64,000 nt of DNA from an uncultured Gemmatimonadaceae bacterium (GCA_963751275.1 CAVVTZ010000007.1:384001-448000); one strand, 5' to 3'; shown: positions 24,973 to 35,391, numbered from the stretch's first letter. The notes: generated by a model not told the origin, from the letters alone. A program made the numbers and translations.

Positions 24973-25009
24973 GATGGAAGATACTCGCTACTAACGTCGT
25001 GAGGCGAAC

Positions 25010-25311
25010 CCCCGAACCACGTCATTGGTCACCCGAACGCCGTGAGGCGTGAGGCGTGCGACGAACTGACTGTACGGCGTCATTGGAGACCCTAACGCCG
25101 TGAGTCGCGACCCGAACTCCGTGATTCGTAACCCGAACGCCGTTAGTCGTGAGCACACTCACGGCGTTCGGGTGACCAATGACGCCGTACAATCAGTTCG
25201 TCGCACGCCTCACGCCTCACGGCGTTCGGGTGACCAATGACGCCGTACAATCAGTTCGTCGCACGCCTCACGCCTCACGGCGTTCGGGTGACCAATGACG
25301 GAGTTCGGGTT
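25010..25311. repeat. Composite inverted plus tandem repeat element
   Basis: 58-bp tandem unit (starts 25161, 25219, 25277), an inverted copy at 25021-25086, and degenerate 21-bp subunits like GTCATTGGTCACCCGAACGCC. Confidence 0.85.
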
Positions 25312-25316
25312 TCGCC

Positions 25317-26282
25317 TCAGATAGCTGGCATAGCGAGCGCCGCAGCGTGTTCCTCGGGGTCGATGTTCCGCCCCGACACGATGACCACCACGGGGAAAGA
25401 AAGCTTCAGCCGTCCCTCGAGCACCGCCGCGACTCCCACCGCCCCCGCTCCTTCCACGATCAGCCCTTCTTCTCGCGCCAGGAACCCGATCGCGCGCGCG
25501 ATGGCCGGTTCGTCCAGCACCGCCAATTCATCGAGCGCATGCCGTCCGATATCCAGCGCGAATTCATCGATGTCCCCCGCGAGTCCATCCGCCAGCGTCG
25601 GCACGCTGTCGATGTGCGTGACGCGCCCCGCCGTGAGCGATTTGCTCATCGCCGCGGTGTTCACGCTCTGCGCGCCCGCGATCTTCACCTTGGGCGCCAC
25701 GCGGCGCAGCAGACTCCCCGTGCCGGCGAGCAACCCCGCGCCGCCCACGGGCGTCACCACCATCGCGACGTCCGGCAGTTCTTCGAGGATCTCGAGCGCC
25801 ACCGTTCCCTGTCCGGCGATGAGCGTGTCGCCCAGGCATGGATTGATGTACGTCACCCCCTGCTCGCGCGCGAAGTCCTTCGCGCGCACCATGGCCATGT
25901 CGTAGTCCTCGCTCTCCGCGTCCACCGTGGCACCGAGTTGCTCGATGCCGCGCCGCTTCACCATCGGCGCGGCGCGCGGCACGAACACCATCGCGGGAAT
26001 ACCGAGCTGTCGCGCCGCCCACGCGACGCCGAGTCCGTGATTGCCCGCCGAGCTCGCCGCCACGCCGCGCTCGCGCACTGCGAGTGTGAGCGACGCGATC
26101 GCGTTGAATGCGCCGCGCAATTTGAAAGAGCCGGTGATCTGCTCGCACTCGAGCTTGAGCAGCACCTCGCCGCCGGCGCGCGCGGAGAGCGCCGCCGACC
26201 GCCGCAGCGGCGTACGTATGCACACCCCCGCGATGCGTTTCGCGGCGTCGTAGATATCCTCGGCGCGCAGATCGTCGAACAT
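25317..26282 (-). CDS. Threonine/serine dehydratase family PLP enzyme without regulatory domain
   Basis: KLECEQITGSFKLRGA, SAGNHG, AGQGTVALE, PVGGAGL, EGAGA, SGRN. Confidence 0.9.
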   Translation of the reverse strand: MFDDLRAEDIYDAAKRIAGVCIRTPLRRSAALSARAGGEVLLKLECEQITGSFKLRGAFNAIASLTLAVRERGVAASSAGNHGLGVAWAARQLGIPAMVFVPRAAPMVKRRGIEQLGATVDAESEDYDMAMVRAKDFAREQGVTYINPCLGDTLIAGQGTVALEILEELPDVAMVVTPVGGAGLLAGTGSLLRRVAPKVKIAGAQSVNTAAMSKSLTAGRVTHIDSVPTLADGLAGDIDEFALDIGRHALDELAVLDEPAIARAIGFLAREEGLIVEGAGAVGVAAVLEGRLKLSFPVVVIVSGRNIDPEEHAAALAMPAI

Positions 26283-26376
26283 GGCGCGCAGAATGGGGGC
26301 GCGGGGGCGGGCAGGGCAAGGCCGCCTGTGACGCAACACGCGAACGCTCGTCTATATCTCGATAGCGCGGAACAGC

Positions 26377-26405
26377 TTGACTCCCCCTCGATGCTCTGTT
26401 ATTAT
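26377..26405 (+). promoter_or_regulatory. Sigma70-type promoter for tRNA-Ala
   Basis: TTGACT-17 bp-TATTAT with extended -10 TG. Confidence 0.7.
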
Positions 26406-26452
26406 AGTGGAGCAAGACGGGGGCCCCGCACTGCGGGGCCTTTTGAATAGGA

Positions 26453-26525
26453 GGGGCTGTAGCTCAGCTGGGAGAGCGCTGCATTCGCATTGCAGAGGTC
26501 AGGGGTTCGAGCCCCCTCAGCTCCA
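26453..26525 (+). tRNA. tRNA-Ala (anticodon CGC), CCA not encoded
   Basis: GGGGCTG/CAGCTCC acceptor with G3:U70; anticodon arm CTGCA-TTCGCAT-TGCAG; GGTTCGAG T-loop. Confidence 0.95.
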
Positions 26526-26556
26526 TAGCAGCCGAATCGCGGGATGCGCCGTTGCA

Positions 26557-26650
26557 CGGTAGGACGTAGAGTTCCAATGAGTGACGTGCCGCAGCCCCGC
26601 AACCAGAATTGATGCCCGCCGCCGATCGGTAGGACGCAGAGTTCCAATGA
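26557..26650 (+). repeat. Pair of 24-bp direct repeats CGGTAGGACGYAGAGTTCCAATGA, 70-bp period
   Basis: Copies at 26557-26580 and 26627-26650, one mismatch. Confidence 0.85.
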
Positions 26651-26691
26651 CGGCGTGCGTGGCAACTTCTGGAGCAGGACCGCAGGTGAGG

Positions 26692-26724
26692 CGCCGCGAG
26701 AGCTCTCGCGGCGTTTTGTGTTTT
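26692..26724 (+). terminator. Intrinsic terminator
   Basis: CGCCGCGAGAG/CTCTCGCGGCG hairpin followed by TTTTGTGTTTT. Confidence 0.75.
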
Positions 26725-26761
26725 GAGGGGGCCGCCGTCCCGGCTGCGACGGGAAACTGCG

Positions 26762-26858
26762 AACGGCAGACGTCGACTGTCGACTAGTGACTGTCGCAAG
26801 CGTACTGCTCGCGCCGTGCCCTGCGACAGTCTCCAGTCTCCAGTCGACGTCTGCCGTT
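26762..26858. repeat. Inverted repeat with GACTGTC/TCCAGTC heptamers
   Basis: 18-bp perfect arms AACGGCAGACGTCGACTG...CAGTCGACGTCTGCCGTT. Confidence 0.75.
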
Positions 26859-26860
26859 AG

Positions 26861-29627
26861 TTACTGCGCCGTCACCCTCTCCGTCACGCTCCGCACGCCG
26901 TTCGACAGCACCACCTCGAGATCCGAGGCGGGCACATCGACGCTCCCTCCGCGGGCGAACGACAGCACCTGGCCCGTCCGCCGGTCGCGCACCATGGCCA
27001 TCGGATACGTGCGGTGGTCCCACGTCACGTGAGTGAGCCGCCCCCGCATACGAGCGAGCAGCCCGCTCGGCGGGGCGTTGCCTTGGTTCATCTCCGCCAC
27101 CGGCGATCCCGCTTCGCGGCGCACTTCCGCACCCTGACCGCGCAAGCGCAACGCCGACAATCGCGACAGGTCGAAATTCCGCACCGGGATCTTGAACACG
27201 AACCCACGAGTTCCTTGCGGATCATCGGCCATCTCGGCGGCCTCGAACGACTGCGAGAAGAGCGCCGCGCCGCTCGCGTCCAGCCCCTCGATCGACATCG
27301 ACCCGCGGCCACTCGGCAGGCTGGGCAATGCATCGATCTCGAACGCGGGCTCGAGCACGAGCTGTCCGTGCTCTACGCGGCCCCAGACGAGCAGCACGCG
27401 CTCCGGTCCGGCGGCACCGGCCGGCGGCGTGAAGATGTCGGGCGTGCTCAACCGGAAGTTCATGATCTTGATGAAGCCGTAGTTGCTGGTCCAGTACGGC
27501 CGGCAATAGCTCATCATGTCGAAGTCCGCGGCGGGCGTGTAGACCGTCGCCGTCGTAGGCGTCGCGCCCGCGACGTCCACGCCGTACGCGTCGATGTTGC
27601 CGGTCGCGTTCGGATAGCTGGGATCGGGGCCGCCGGCGCCGCAGCCGGGCGCGTGCTCGCGTCCCCAGTTGTGGCCGGTCTCATGCGCGAGGATCTGGTC
27701 GTTCTGCCCGCGGTCCCAGCCGATCGCCGCCTGACAGCAGCCCACATAGCCGAGTCCGGCCACACCGCCGCCGTAGCTGGGGTGGACCACGCCGTAGTAG
27801 TAGATCGAATCCTGCGCCGCCGTCGTGACCTCGATGCTGCGCAGCGCGGAGATCTCGCTCAGGATCGTGCCCCACCCGGTGCCATCCGAGAGCAGGATCA
27901 CGCTGCGTGTCGGTGAACACTGCGTGCACCTGCACGTTGTAGCTCGGGAACGGGTGCGTCTTCTGCGAGAACGCCATGAACGTGCTCTCGTTGGCCGCTG
28001 TCACATTGCCCTGCAGGCCGTCCTTCGAATGTCTTCACGGGGATCAGCATCTCGTGGAAGATGCTGAGCGTCTTCACGTTGAACGCGAACGTGCCGCTCG
28101 CCGGGAAGCTGTTGTCGGACTCTGACGACTCCGGGATCACGTTCGTCGGATCCACGTCCGCGACCGCCTTGAGGTTCGCCGCGATTCGTGCCTTGGGCAC
28201 CGCCACGTTCCACGAGCTGTTCCATGTCTGTTCGGCGACTGCCGTCGGCACCGAGGCGCCCGGCGCATTGATGATGTCGGTCTGGATCAGCGACGCGCCA
28301 TTGTACCAGCGCACGCGCACCTGCGGCGTGACCGTGTTCGCCTGGTTGGCGACGACGAACACGCGGAGATACCCGTCTTTGTTCGCCACGAGCGGCACGG
28401 TATCGGTGAAGCTCTGCGTCCCCTGTGTGAGATACATGCCCGCGATCGTGAGATTGAGCCCCGCGACGGATGCATACGCCACCGGCGCGTTCACCGGCGT
28501 GACCGATGCGGTCACGACGCTCGTCTGCGAGGTGGGCGACGGCACGTAGACCGTCGGGCCGACCGTCACGTTGGACGCCGTGGTCGTGTACGTGCCCGGC
28601 GCGAGTTTGTTGATCGTGGTCGTCGCCGTCACGCTCTGCGAGAACGAGCTCGGGCCGGTGACGACGATTGACGCCGGTCCGCTCGGCAATCCGGTCACCG
28701 TCACCGTGAGCGAGCCGGTGGAGATCGCATAGGTGACGGTCTTCGACAGCGTGAGCGCGCCTGGGGCGAGCGTCGCGGTCTGGCTCGCGATGGTCGGCGC
28801 GTATGTCGCAGTGGCGTTGCTCACGTTGCTCGCAGCGATCGTGTACGTGCCGAGCGGCAGCGCGCTGAGCACCGTCGCGCCGCTCGCCGTGATCGCGTGA
28901 CTGTACGCGAACGGGCCGGTCACGAGTACGCTCGGATTCAGTCCGCCCGGCAGCCCGCCGATCGTGACGGTGATCTGTGTCACCGGACGAGACGCTCGGA
29001 CTGAGCCCGCCCGGAGGCCGTTCGACCGTGACGTGACTGCCCCGTCATGGCCGAATAGGTCTCGGTGGCGGTCGCGTTGGTGAGCGACGCGGGCACCACG
29101 ATCGTCTGCGTCGCCGGCGTGCCGCCATACGTAGTCGAGCCGCTCGACACGACGTTCGCCGTGACCACGTACGATCCCGGCTTGAGGTTCGTCCACGTTT
29201 GCGATGCGGTCGCGACCTGACTGAAGCCGCCGGGACCGGTGACGGTGACATTGCCATTCACGCCGCCCGGCAGCCCCGACACCGTGAGCGCGAGGCCGCC
29301 GCTCGCGAGCGTGTAATTCACCGCCGCGTTGAGCGTCGTCGTCGTGATCGACACGCCGGTCGTCGCGGGCGATGGCGCGTACGTCGCCGTGCCCGTCACG
29401 ACGTTGCTCGCCGTCACGGTGTACGTCCCGGATGGCAGATTGCTCAGCGTCGTGGTCGCCGTCACGGTGTGGCTGTAGCTGTTGGGCCCGGTCACGACGA
29501 TCGCCGCCGGCGCGCTCGGCAGGCCACTCACCGTCACCGTGAGCGCACCCGAGGGCGCGGCGTCGCCCGACTTGCACGCGGCGAGGATCAGAACGACGGG
29601 AATGAGGCGGCGGAATTCGGAACGCAC
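26861..29627 (-). CDS. Large lipoprotein: Thr/Val-rich Ig-like repeats plus M66-like zinc metallopeptidase; broken into several frames
   Basis: Lipobox LAAC after GTG 29627; repeated LTVTVSGLP...VTGP...YT domains; HETGHNWGREH and DMMSYC; breaks near 29040-28975, 28030 and 27900. Confidence 0.72.
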
Positions 29628-29704
29628 GGGGGCCTCTCCAGGCTCTCGGGATGTGGTGATTCTACACTCTATGAGCGACGGGTTGCTGACGGAGGGCGTC
29701 ACCT

Positions 29705-29802
29705 GTTCGGGCATCGCCTATCGTGCATCGTGCATCGGTCTTTCTTCGACCCGTGATCTACATCACGCTGGTTTGATGCACGATGAACGATGCCCGATGA
29801 AC
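29705..29802. repeat. Imperfect inverted repeat of CATCGTG-type heptamers
   Basis: TATCGTGCATCGTGCATC versus GATGCACGATGAACGATG. Confidence 0.55.
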
Positions 29803-29874
29803 GCGTCCTTGCTCCATCTCATTGTCGCCGCTAACTTTCCCGTCCCTCCGGAACGCCGGAGCACAATTGAATTC

Positions 29875-29947
29875 TGCCCCTTGGTGTAACTGGCAACACG
29901 CCTGACTCTGGATCAGGAGAGTCCTGGTTCGAGCCCAGGAGGGGCAA
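29875..29947 (+). tRNA. tRNA-Gln (anticodon CTG), CCA not encoded
   Basis: TGCCCCT/AGGGGCA acceptor; CCTGA-CTCTGGA-TCAGG anticodon arm; GGTTCGAG. Confidence 0.95.
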
Positions 29948-29950
29948 CTG

Positions 29951-29986
29951 ACGAGCGCGACGCGGAACTCTCCGCGTCGCGCTCGT
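29951..29986. terminator. Hairpin downstream of tRNA-Gln
   Basis: 16-bp perfect arms ACGAGCGCGACGCGGA/TCCGCGTCGCGCTCGT, 4-nt loop. Confidence 0.65.
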
Positions 29987-30041
29987 TCGTCCGGGGGGGT
30001 GCGCCGGCATCCGCGGCACCCCCGCTTCGCCGCCGATGGGC

Positions 30042-30521
30042 TCAGCGCTTGACGGTGAAGTCCAGAATGTACGAGTGCGATACGCTGCTGCAGTCCGACG
30101 AATAGAACACCAATGTGCCGCTCAGGTCGATCCGGCCCTGCCCGCTCACGTAGGGGCCGAATAACGACGCGCTGCGTGATGGGCACGCTGAGGAGACAAG
30201 GTACAGCGAAACGTCCGGATCGCTGCCACTCCCCACGGATCCGTCGATCGCGCCGTTGATGTTCAACGTCGTCTTGCGACCGCTATCGCTAACCGTTCCC
30301 GCGACGGTGTAGCTCCCAGCCAGCACGCCTTGGGCCTGCACAAGCGACAAGGTCAGCGTGGCGTGCAACGTGTCGCCGTGGTCGCTGCCGGATATCGGCC
30401 CCGAATACTGCCCAGCGACGTCTTCGTAAGTCGGAAGCTTCCCGAACGGGTTCAGGTCGGGACTACAACCTGTGATACCGAGCGGGAGTACCGACATGAG
30501 CAGAATCGACCGGATGCGCAT
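30042..30521 (-). CDS. Hypothetical lipoprotein
   Basis: MRIRSILLMSVLPLGITGC lipobox; beta-rich mature part; GAGGAG RBS. Confidence 0.65.
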   Translation of the reverse strand: MRIRSILLMSVLPLGITGCSPDLNPFGKLPTYEDVAGQYSGPISGSDHGDTLHATLTLSLVQAQGVLAGSYTVAGTVSDSGRKTTLNINGAIDGSVGSGSDPDVSLYLVSSACPSRSASLFGPYVSGQGRIDLSGTLVFYSSDCSSVSHSYILDFTVKR

Positions 30522-30688
30522 AGCCGCTCCTCGCGAGGGCACGTGGCGAGGCTGTACCCTGATGCGACGATGTGGTTGGCCCCGGCAGCGGGCAATCGGA
30601 AACTCCGCACCAAAGGTGAGGAAGAACCCTTCACGACATTTCTGTCCAGATCCACTCCTCCACAGCCCGCGTCGCGCCGTTGCGTCGT

Positions 30689-31183
30689 TCAGAACCTCGC
30701 CACCGCCGCCTTCGCGAGCACGAGAAGCTTCGCCTTCTCCTGCGCCGTCGAGAACGGTGCCGGATTGTCGATCGTGAGGATCCGGATGCTGAAAGCGGCG
30801 TTCCCCTTCAGCACCCAGATGAACGGGCCGCCCGACGGGTAGATCTGGTACACCGCATCGTCGCCGAGTCCCGAGATGGGTTCGCGCGTGATCATTGGGG
30901 CCGTCGACGACTTCATGAACTGATACGCCCTGACCGAGTGCGTGTTCACGCCGACCTTGCGGCTCGTGTCGCCGAACTTCGGGTCGTTCGACCACAGGCA
31001 GGAGGTGGTATCGCCCGGAGACATTCGCTCGCTCGTCGCGCTCGGTACTTCGATCGCCGCCGCGGCCTCGGAGGCGGTGATGAGCGAGCAGGCATCGGTC
31101 GAGCCGCGCATCGCCGAGGCCAGGAGGAGGATCACGCCACCGCAGGCGATCGAGATGATTCCGCGTCGGATGTCCATGGTCAA
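30689..31183 (-). CDS. Hypothetical exported protein
   Basis: Signal peptide; DACSLIT and ISGLGDDA motifs seen in DUF3558-like proteins. Confidence 0.6.
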   Translation of the reverse strand: MTMDIRRGIISIACGGVILLLASAMRGSTDACSLITASEAAAAIEVPSATSERMSPGDTTSCLWSNDPKFGDTSRKVGVNTHSVRAYQFMKSSTAPMITREPISGLGDDAVYQIYPSGGPFIWVLKGNAAFSIRILTIDNPAPFSTAQEKAKLLVLAKAAVARF

Positions 31184-31282
31184 CTCCGCGTCGCGAGTGA
31201 GAAGATAAGAGAACTATCGCGTACGAATTGGATGTTCGGCCAGCGCGTCGGCGCGCTCGATGCGATCTCCGGACTCGCCCGC

Positions 31283-31558
31283 CTACTGCGGCTTAGTCCA
31301 TCGCTTCGCGTAGATCGCCAACGCGACGACGCCCACGGCGATCACGGTCAAGATGCCCGCGATCGCGATGCCCTCGTGCGCCTGCAGGTCGCTCGGCGAC
31401 ATCACGTAGAAGGGGAGCGACGCGAGCACGCCGATCGCCACCGCGGCCGACACCGCACCGAAGAATCGCTTTCCGGACCAGATCCCCCTGCGCCGCGCGG
31501 CTTGAATGGCGCTCAAGCCGGTGAGCACGATCAGCACGATCGCGATGGTCGGGATCAC
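31283..31558 (-). CDS. Small 3-TM membrane protein
   Basis: GTG start overlapping the upstream stop; three hydrophobic helices. Confidence 0.6.
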   Translation of the reverse strand: MIPTIAIVLIVLTGLSAIQAARRRGIWSGKRFFGAVSAAVAIGVLASLPFYVMSPSDLQAHEGIAIAGILTVIAVGVVALAIYAKRWTKPQ

Positions 31559-32748
31559 GGCGTGCCGTCCCCGTGCACCCGTGAGCTCACGGTCCACGAT
31601 CCCGAGAGCGTCCCGTTCGGGTTCGCGTTCGGGTCCGCCGTCTGGAAATACTCGTTGGTCCCCGCGTTGTGCCAAGTGTAGTTGAACCCGCTTTGCACCT
31701 TCGCGGTCTCGCCCGTGGCCGGGTCGCGCACGGTCTGCTGCCCGAGGATCCCGTCCACCCAGTCGGACGTGATCGTGTGCTGCGCGTTCGCGACCTCGGC
31801 GGCGTTGCGCATGGAGTTGTCGGTACCCTGCTGCAGCGTGGCCAGGAATTCCTCGTGCTGCCGCTGCGTGGCCGCCTGCTGCTGCTGGAACGCCTCGTAC
31901 TGGGCGGTCATCGCCTGCGTCTCCGCCCGCGCTCGCGCATTGATCATCTGCAGCATCATCGCGGTGCGCTGGTTCTCGCGCTGCTGCACCGCTTGGTCCC
32001 ACTGCGGATTCGCCAATGCCGAGGTGCTCGCCCAGAGCGCGAGCATCGCATCGAACTTCGCCTCGGGGGCGGCGATGTAGCGCACCCCCGCATTGCAGCT
32101 GGCGTGCCAGACGCGCTGGCCGTACAAAGTCGTCCCCCATTGCCTGTTGCAGTTCACCTCCGTGCGCAGGCGGCCGCGCATCTTGTACGAGCCGTTGGTG
32201 AACTTCACATCGGCGACCGCCATGTCATGGAAGTTGTCGGGAGGCGTCATTCCTGCCGCGCGGTACTTGTTCGCCCAGAACTCGTCCGCCTGTTCGCGCG
32301 ACCGCCGGAATTCCTTCATGACGGAGTCGGGGATCCCAACGTCGCCCACGTAGTCGAGCTTCATCTCCGCCGAGAGCGCCTTCAGGAAATCCTGTGCGCT
32401 CATGCCGTCATCGAGCGGGAGACAGCCGGGCTTCACACGGCCTGCGTCGCGTCCGCCCCATGCCCACGCGAGCGGCGGCAACCTCTCAATGAAGCTGAGC
32501 CCGTCCGGGCTCACGACGCGCCACACCGCGCTCGCGACGGGGAAGCAGAGATTCCCCTGGTGCACCGCGCCGCGGAAGTGCCAGTCCTTCGGGAACTGGA
32601 CCGCGTAGGCGGTCATGCCCATGTAGGGATCGGTGAGGGACGCCACCTGAAAGCCCGCCGCCGGCGGCGGGGGCCAGCCCGCGGGCGGCGACTGGGCGTG
32701 AGCGGCGCTGACAACGGCGGCGAGCGCGACGGCAGCGATGCGGCGCAT
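31555..32748 (-). CDS. Hypothetical secreted protein with Gln-rich coiled coil
   Basis: Signal peptide ending AHA-Q; protein-like composition. Confidence 0.7.
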   Translation of the reverse strand: MRRIAAVALAAVVSAAHAQSPPAGWPPPPAAGFQVASLTDPYMGMTAYAVQFPKDWHFRGAVHQGNLCFPVASAVWRVVSPDGLSFIERLPPLAWAWGGRDAGRVKPGCLPLDDGMSAQDFLKALSAEMKLDYVGDVGIPDSVMKEFRRSREQADEFWANKYRAAGMTPPDNFHDMAVADVKFTNGSYKMRGRLRTEVNCNRQWGTTLYGQRVWHASCNAGVRYIAAPEAKFDAMLALWASTSALANPQWDQAVQQRENQRTAMMLQMINARARAETQAMTAQYEAFQQQQAATQRQHEEFLATLQQGTDNSMRNAAEVANAQHTITSDWVDGILGQQTVRDPATGETAKVQSGFNYTWHNAGTNEYFQTADPNANPNGTLSGSWTVSSRVHGDGTP

Positions 32749-32828
32749 TGGGATGGGAGGTGAGGGTGGTTCTTACGCTGCCTCGGATGGGGAGCGAGCG
32801 CAACGGGCGGTGCGCCCCTCCTCGCGCG

Positions 32829-34719
32829 CTATGGAACGACGGCCGTGGCCGAGACGGTCAGCGGTGAGCCGGTCGCGCCCGCGACGGTCACGCTCAAAGT
32901 CTGTGTTCCCGACGCCGGACCGAGCGTCCAGCTCGTGCTCGCCTGACCCGACGCATCGGTCAGCGCGACGACCGGTGACACGGATCCGCCGCCCGTGGCC
33001 ACGTTGAAATTCACCAGGTATCCGGCCAGCGGCCCGCCCGCGGGACTGAGCACCTTCACGACGATCGGCTGAGGGAGCGGACTATCGACCGCTCCGCTCT
33101 GCCCGTCGCCCGACACGAGCGCAAGCGTCGCACTGGATGGGACGACGACCAGCACCTCGATGCCCAAGGCGTAATGCAGCGACGCCGCGATGATGGGTAT
33201 GGTGCCGGGGCTTTCACCCGTGACGGTGACGTTGAGCGAGGTTTTCCCGGCCGGGATCGTGTCTATCATCGTGCCGACCGGCGGGTTGGTGCCCGGGCCC
33301 GGTATGAACTTGAATACGGCCGTGTCCCCACTGATCAACAGCACGGGCAGGCCGCCGGCGGGAGCCGGCGTGGAGATCGCGACGCCCACGGTGGCGGTCC
33401 CACCGACGTGCACCGAGTCGTACGTGAGCGTCACGAAGTTCGGCGTGGCGGTGTCCATCGTCGTGCCGGCGGTGTAGCCCGGCGCGGTGGCGTGCAACAC
33501 CGACACGCCCGGCGCCACGCCCGACGGGAGCAGCGTCGCCAGCGAGGAGCCCTGGGGGAAGGTGATCGTGCCGGGGCCCGGAATGGTGACGTACTGGGTG
33601 CTGTCGCTCGTCACCGTCACGGTGAGGCCGCCCGCCGGCGCCGCGGCGACAGGGTCACGACCGCCTGTGCCTGCTGCGCCGACGCCGATCCCGACGAGGG
33701 CGCCCGGCACGGCGATCGTGATCACGCCGGTAACGGACCGTTCCCGTCGCCGTGAAGGTGACCGGCGTCAGACCGGCCGACAGTCGCCGTCAGCGTGTTC
33801 GCGCGCCGCCGTTGCGACCCAGCGTCCAGCTCCCGACGCACGCGAGTCCCGACGCGTTCGTGGTCGCGCTGCCGCCCGTGACTGCTCCCGCCGCCGCTCG
33901 CCACCGCGAACGTGACGCCACGCCCCGCAACGGGGTGTTGAACGCGTCGGTGACCATCACCTTCGGCGCGACCGCGACCGCGGTCCCCACCGCCGCGCTC
34001 TGTGCGTCGCCCGCCACCTTGGTGACCTTCGCCGGCACGCCGGGCGATCCGGTTCCCACGGTGAGCTGCGTCGAGTCGAATACTCCCGTGGGCGTACTCG
34101 CGTACACCCACACGGTGCCGGTCGTCGCGCCGGCCCGGAACAGTCCCGCGGCGTTGATGGTGTTGCTCTCGCTGCTGGTGGCCCAGTGCACGTAGAACTG
34201 CGCGACCGGCGCGCCGGACGAATCGTAGGCGGCAACGCGGAAGGGCAGCTGCCCGCCGGGCGCGACGACCGAGTCGCGCGGCGCGATGCGCACGGAGTCA
34301 ATGTTCATGCCGGGACCGACGTAGTGCAGCGGGACCCGCACCGGCGCCGCGGTCTGTCCCGCGGTCACCAGGATCGGCGCCTGCCCGGTGAACATCAGCG
34401 TGCCGCTCGCGAGGAGATCGACGGTCACGGTGTACGTGGCGGTGTCGGTCACGGGCAGCGACATCGCGGTCGTGATCTCGGTGGAGTCGGGCGAGAAGGG
34501 ATAGGTCTGCGTCACCGATTCCGCGCCGCGGACCGCGATCAATTCGACCTTGTCGATCGTGAGGCCGCCGAAGGAACCGTACGCGACGGTGAGCTGGGGC
34601 CTGATCGCCAGCGACGCCGTGTGCTCCACGATGCCGCTGGGACTGTCGCACGCGATGGCCGCGCCCACCGCCGCCAGGGCAGAGAGCAGAATGCGACGGC
34701 GGTCGCGGGCGCGAAACAT
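32829..34719 (-). CDS. Ig-like (Big_1/invasin-type) repeat lipoprotein, garbled by several indels at 33650-33930
   Basis: AIAC lipobox; KVAGDAQSAAVG...VGSWTLG and SGDGQSG...TDASGQA...WTLG repeats split over ORFs 33790..34719 and 32829..33725. Confidence 0.68.
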
Positions 34720-34720
34720 C

Positions 34721-35287
34721 TTACAGCTCCTCCCCCGCCCGCGCCGTCGGGATCGGCTCCTGCGGCGATGAACGCAGCATCACGTTCAGCAGGATGCCGT
34801 ACAGGATCAGGCACGCGATCGCGCCCAGCACGCCGCCCGCGAGCGCGATGTCGCCCACGTCCGACCGCTCGGCCAGCTCGGGCGCGACCGCACCGCAGAT
34901 GATCGAGAAGGTGATCACCACGCCAGTGGCGCGCAGCGACATCCAGAACGACCGCCGCAGGGCGTGATCGTGATCCAGCTCCCAGGTGAGCGCCGAGTAG
35001 TGCAGCAGCATGCTGGAGTTCGTCTCGCTGCTGTTGGTCGAGAGCAGCGCGCCGTACGCGCGCGCGAGTTCATGATAGCTGCGCCGCGTGAGCAGATGGC
35101 TCAGGTACAACTCACTCATGGACTGCTGCGGCACCTCGGTCAGCTTCTCAGCCGCGCGCTCGATGCTCCGTGCGGTCGCCTGCAGCGCGAAGAGCACGAT
35201 GGCGCCGAGCAGCCCCATCGCACCGGCGAGCGTCTCGGCGATCGTGCTCATCGAGTTGAGCAGTGCGAGTTCCAGATGCGCGTTCAT
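34721..35287 (-). CDS. Hypothetical membrane protein
   Basis: ATG 35287, three hydrophobic segments; tail of ORF 34721..36400. Confidence 0.6.
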   Translation of the reverse strand: MNAHLELALLNSMSTIAETLAGAMGLLGAIVLFALQATARSIERAAEKLTEVPQQSMSELYLSHLLTRRSYHELARAYGALLSTNSSETNSSMLLHYSALTWELDHDHALRRSFWMSLRATGVVITFSIICGAVAPELAERSDVGDIALAGGVLGAIACLILYGILLNVMLRSSPQEPIPTARAGEEL

Positions 35288-35391
35288 GGGAAGGATTATG
35301 GGCGCAGCGGGCGGAGCCGTCCAGTGAGCGCCGGCCGGTCGCGGCTGGCGCGCGCGACCCGTCACGCGACACCATCTACGGCCGCTCGCGC

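Noticed and set aside
25010..25311. CRISPR array
   Set aside because: The intervening sequences are identical or inverted copies rather than unique spacers, and there are no cas genes in the window
26557..26650. Mini-CRISPR (24-bp repeats, 46-bp spacer)
   Set aside because: Only two repeats, similarity extends into the spacer, and no cas genes; kept as a candidate ncRNA/repeat
33650..33930. Phase-variable or diversity-generating region in the Ig-like gene
   Set aside because: Dense mixed indels with no simple-sequence tract, template repeat or reverse transcriptase; looks like poor consensus over a repeat
26453..35290. tRNA-integrated prophage or integrative element
   Set aside because: No integrase, phage or conjugation genes, and no duplicated tRNA 3' end seen
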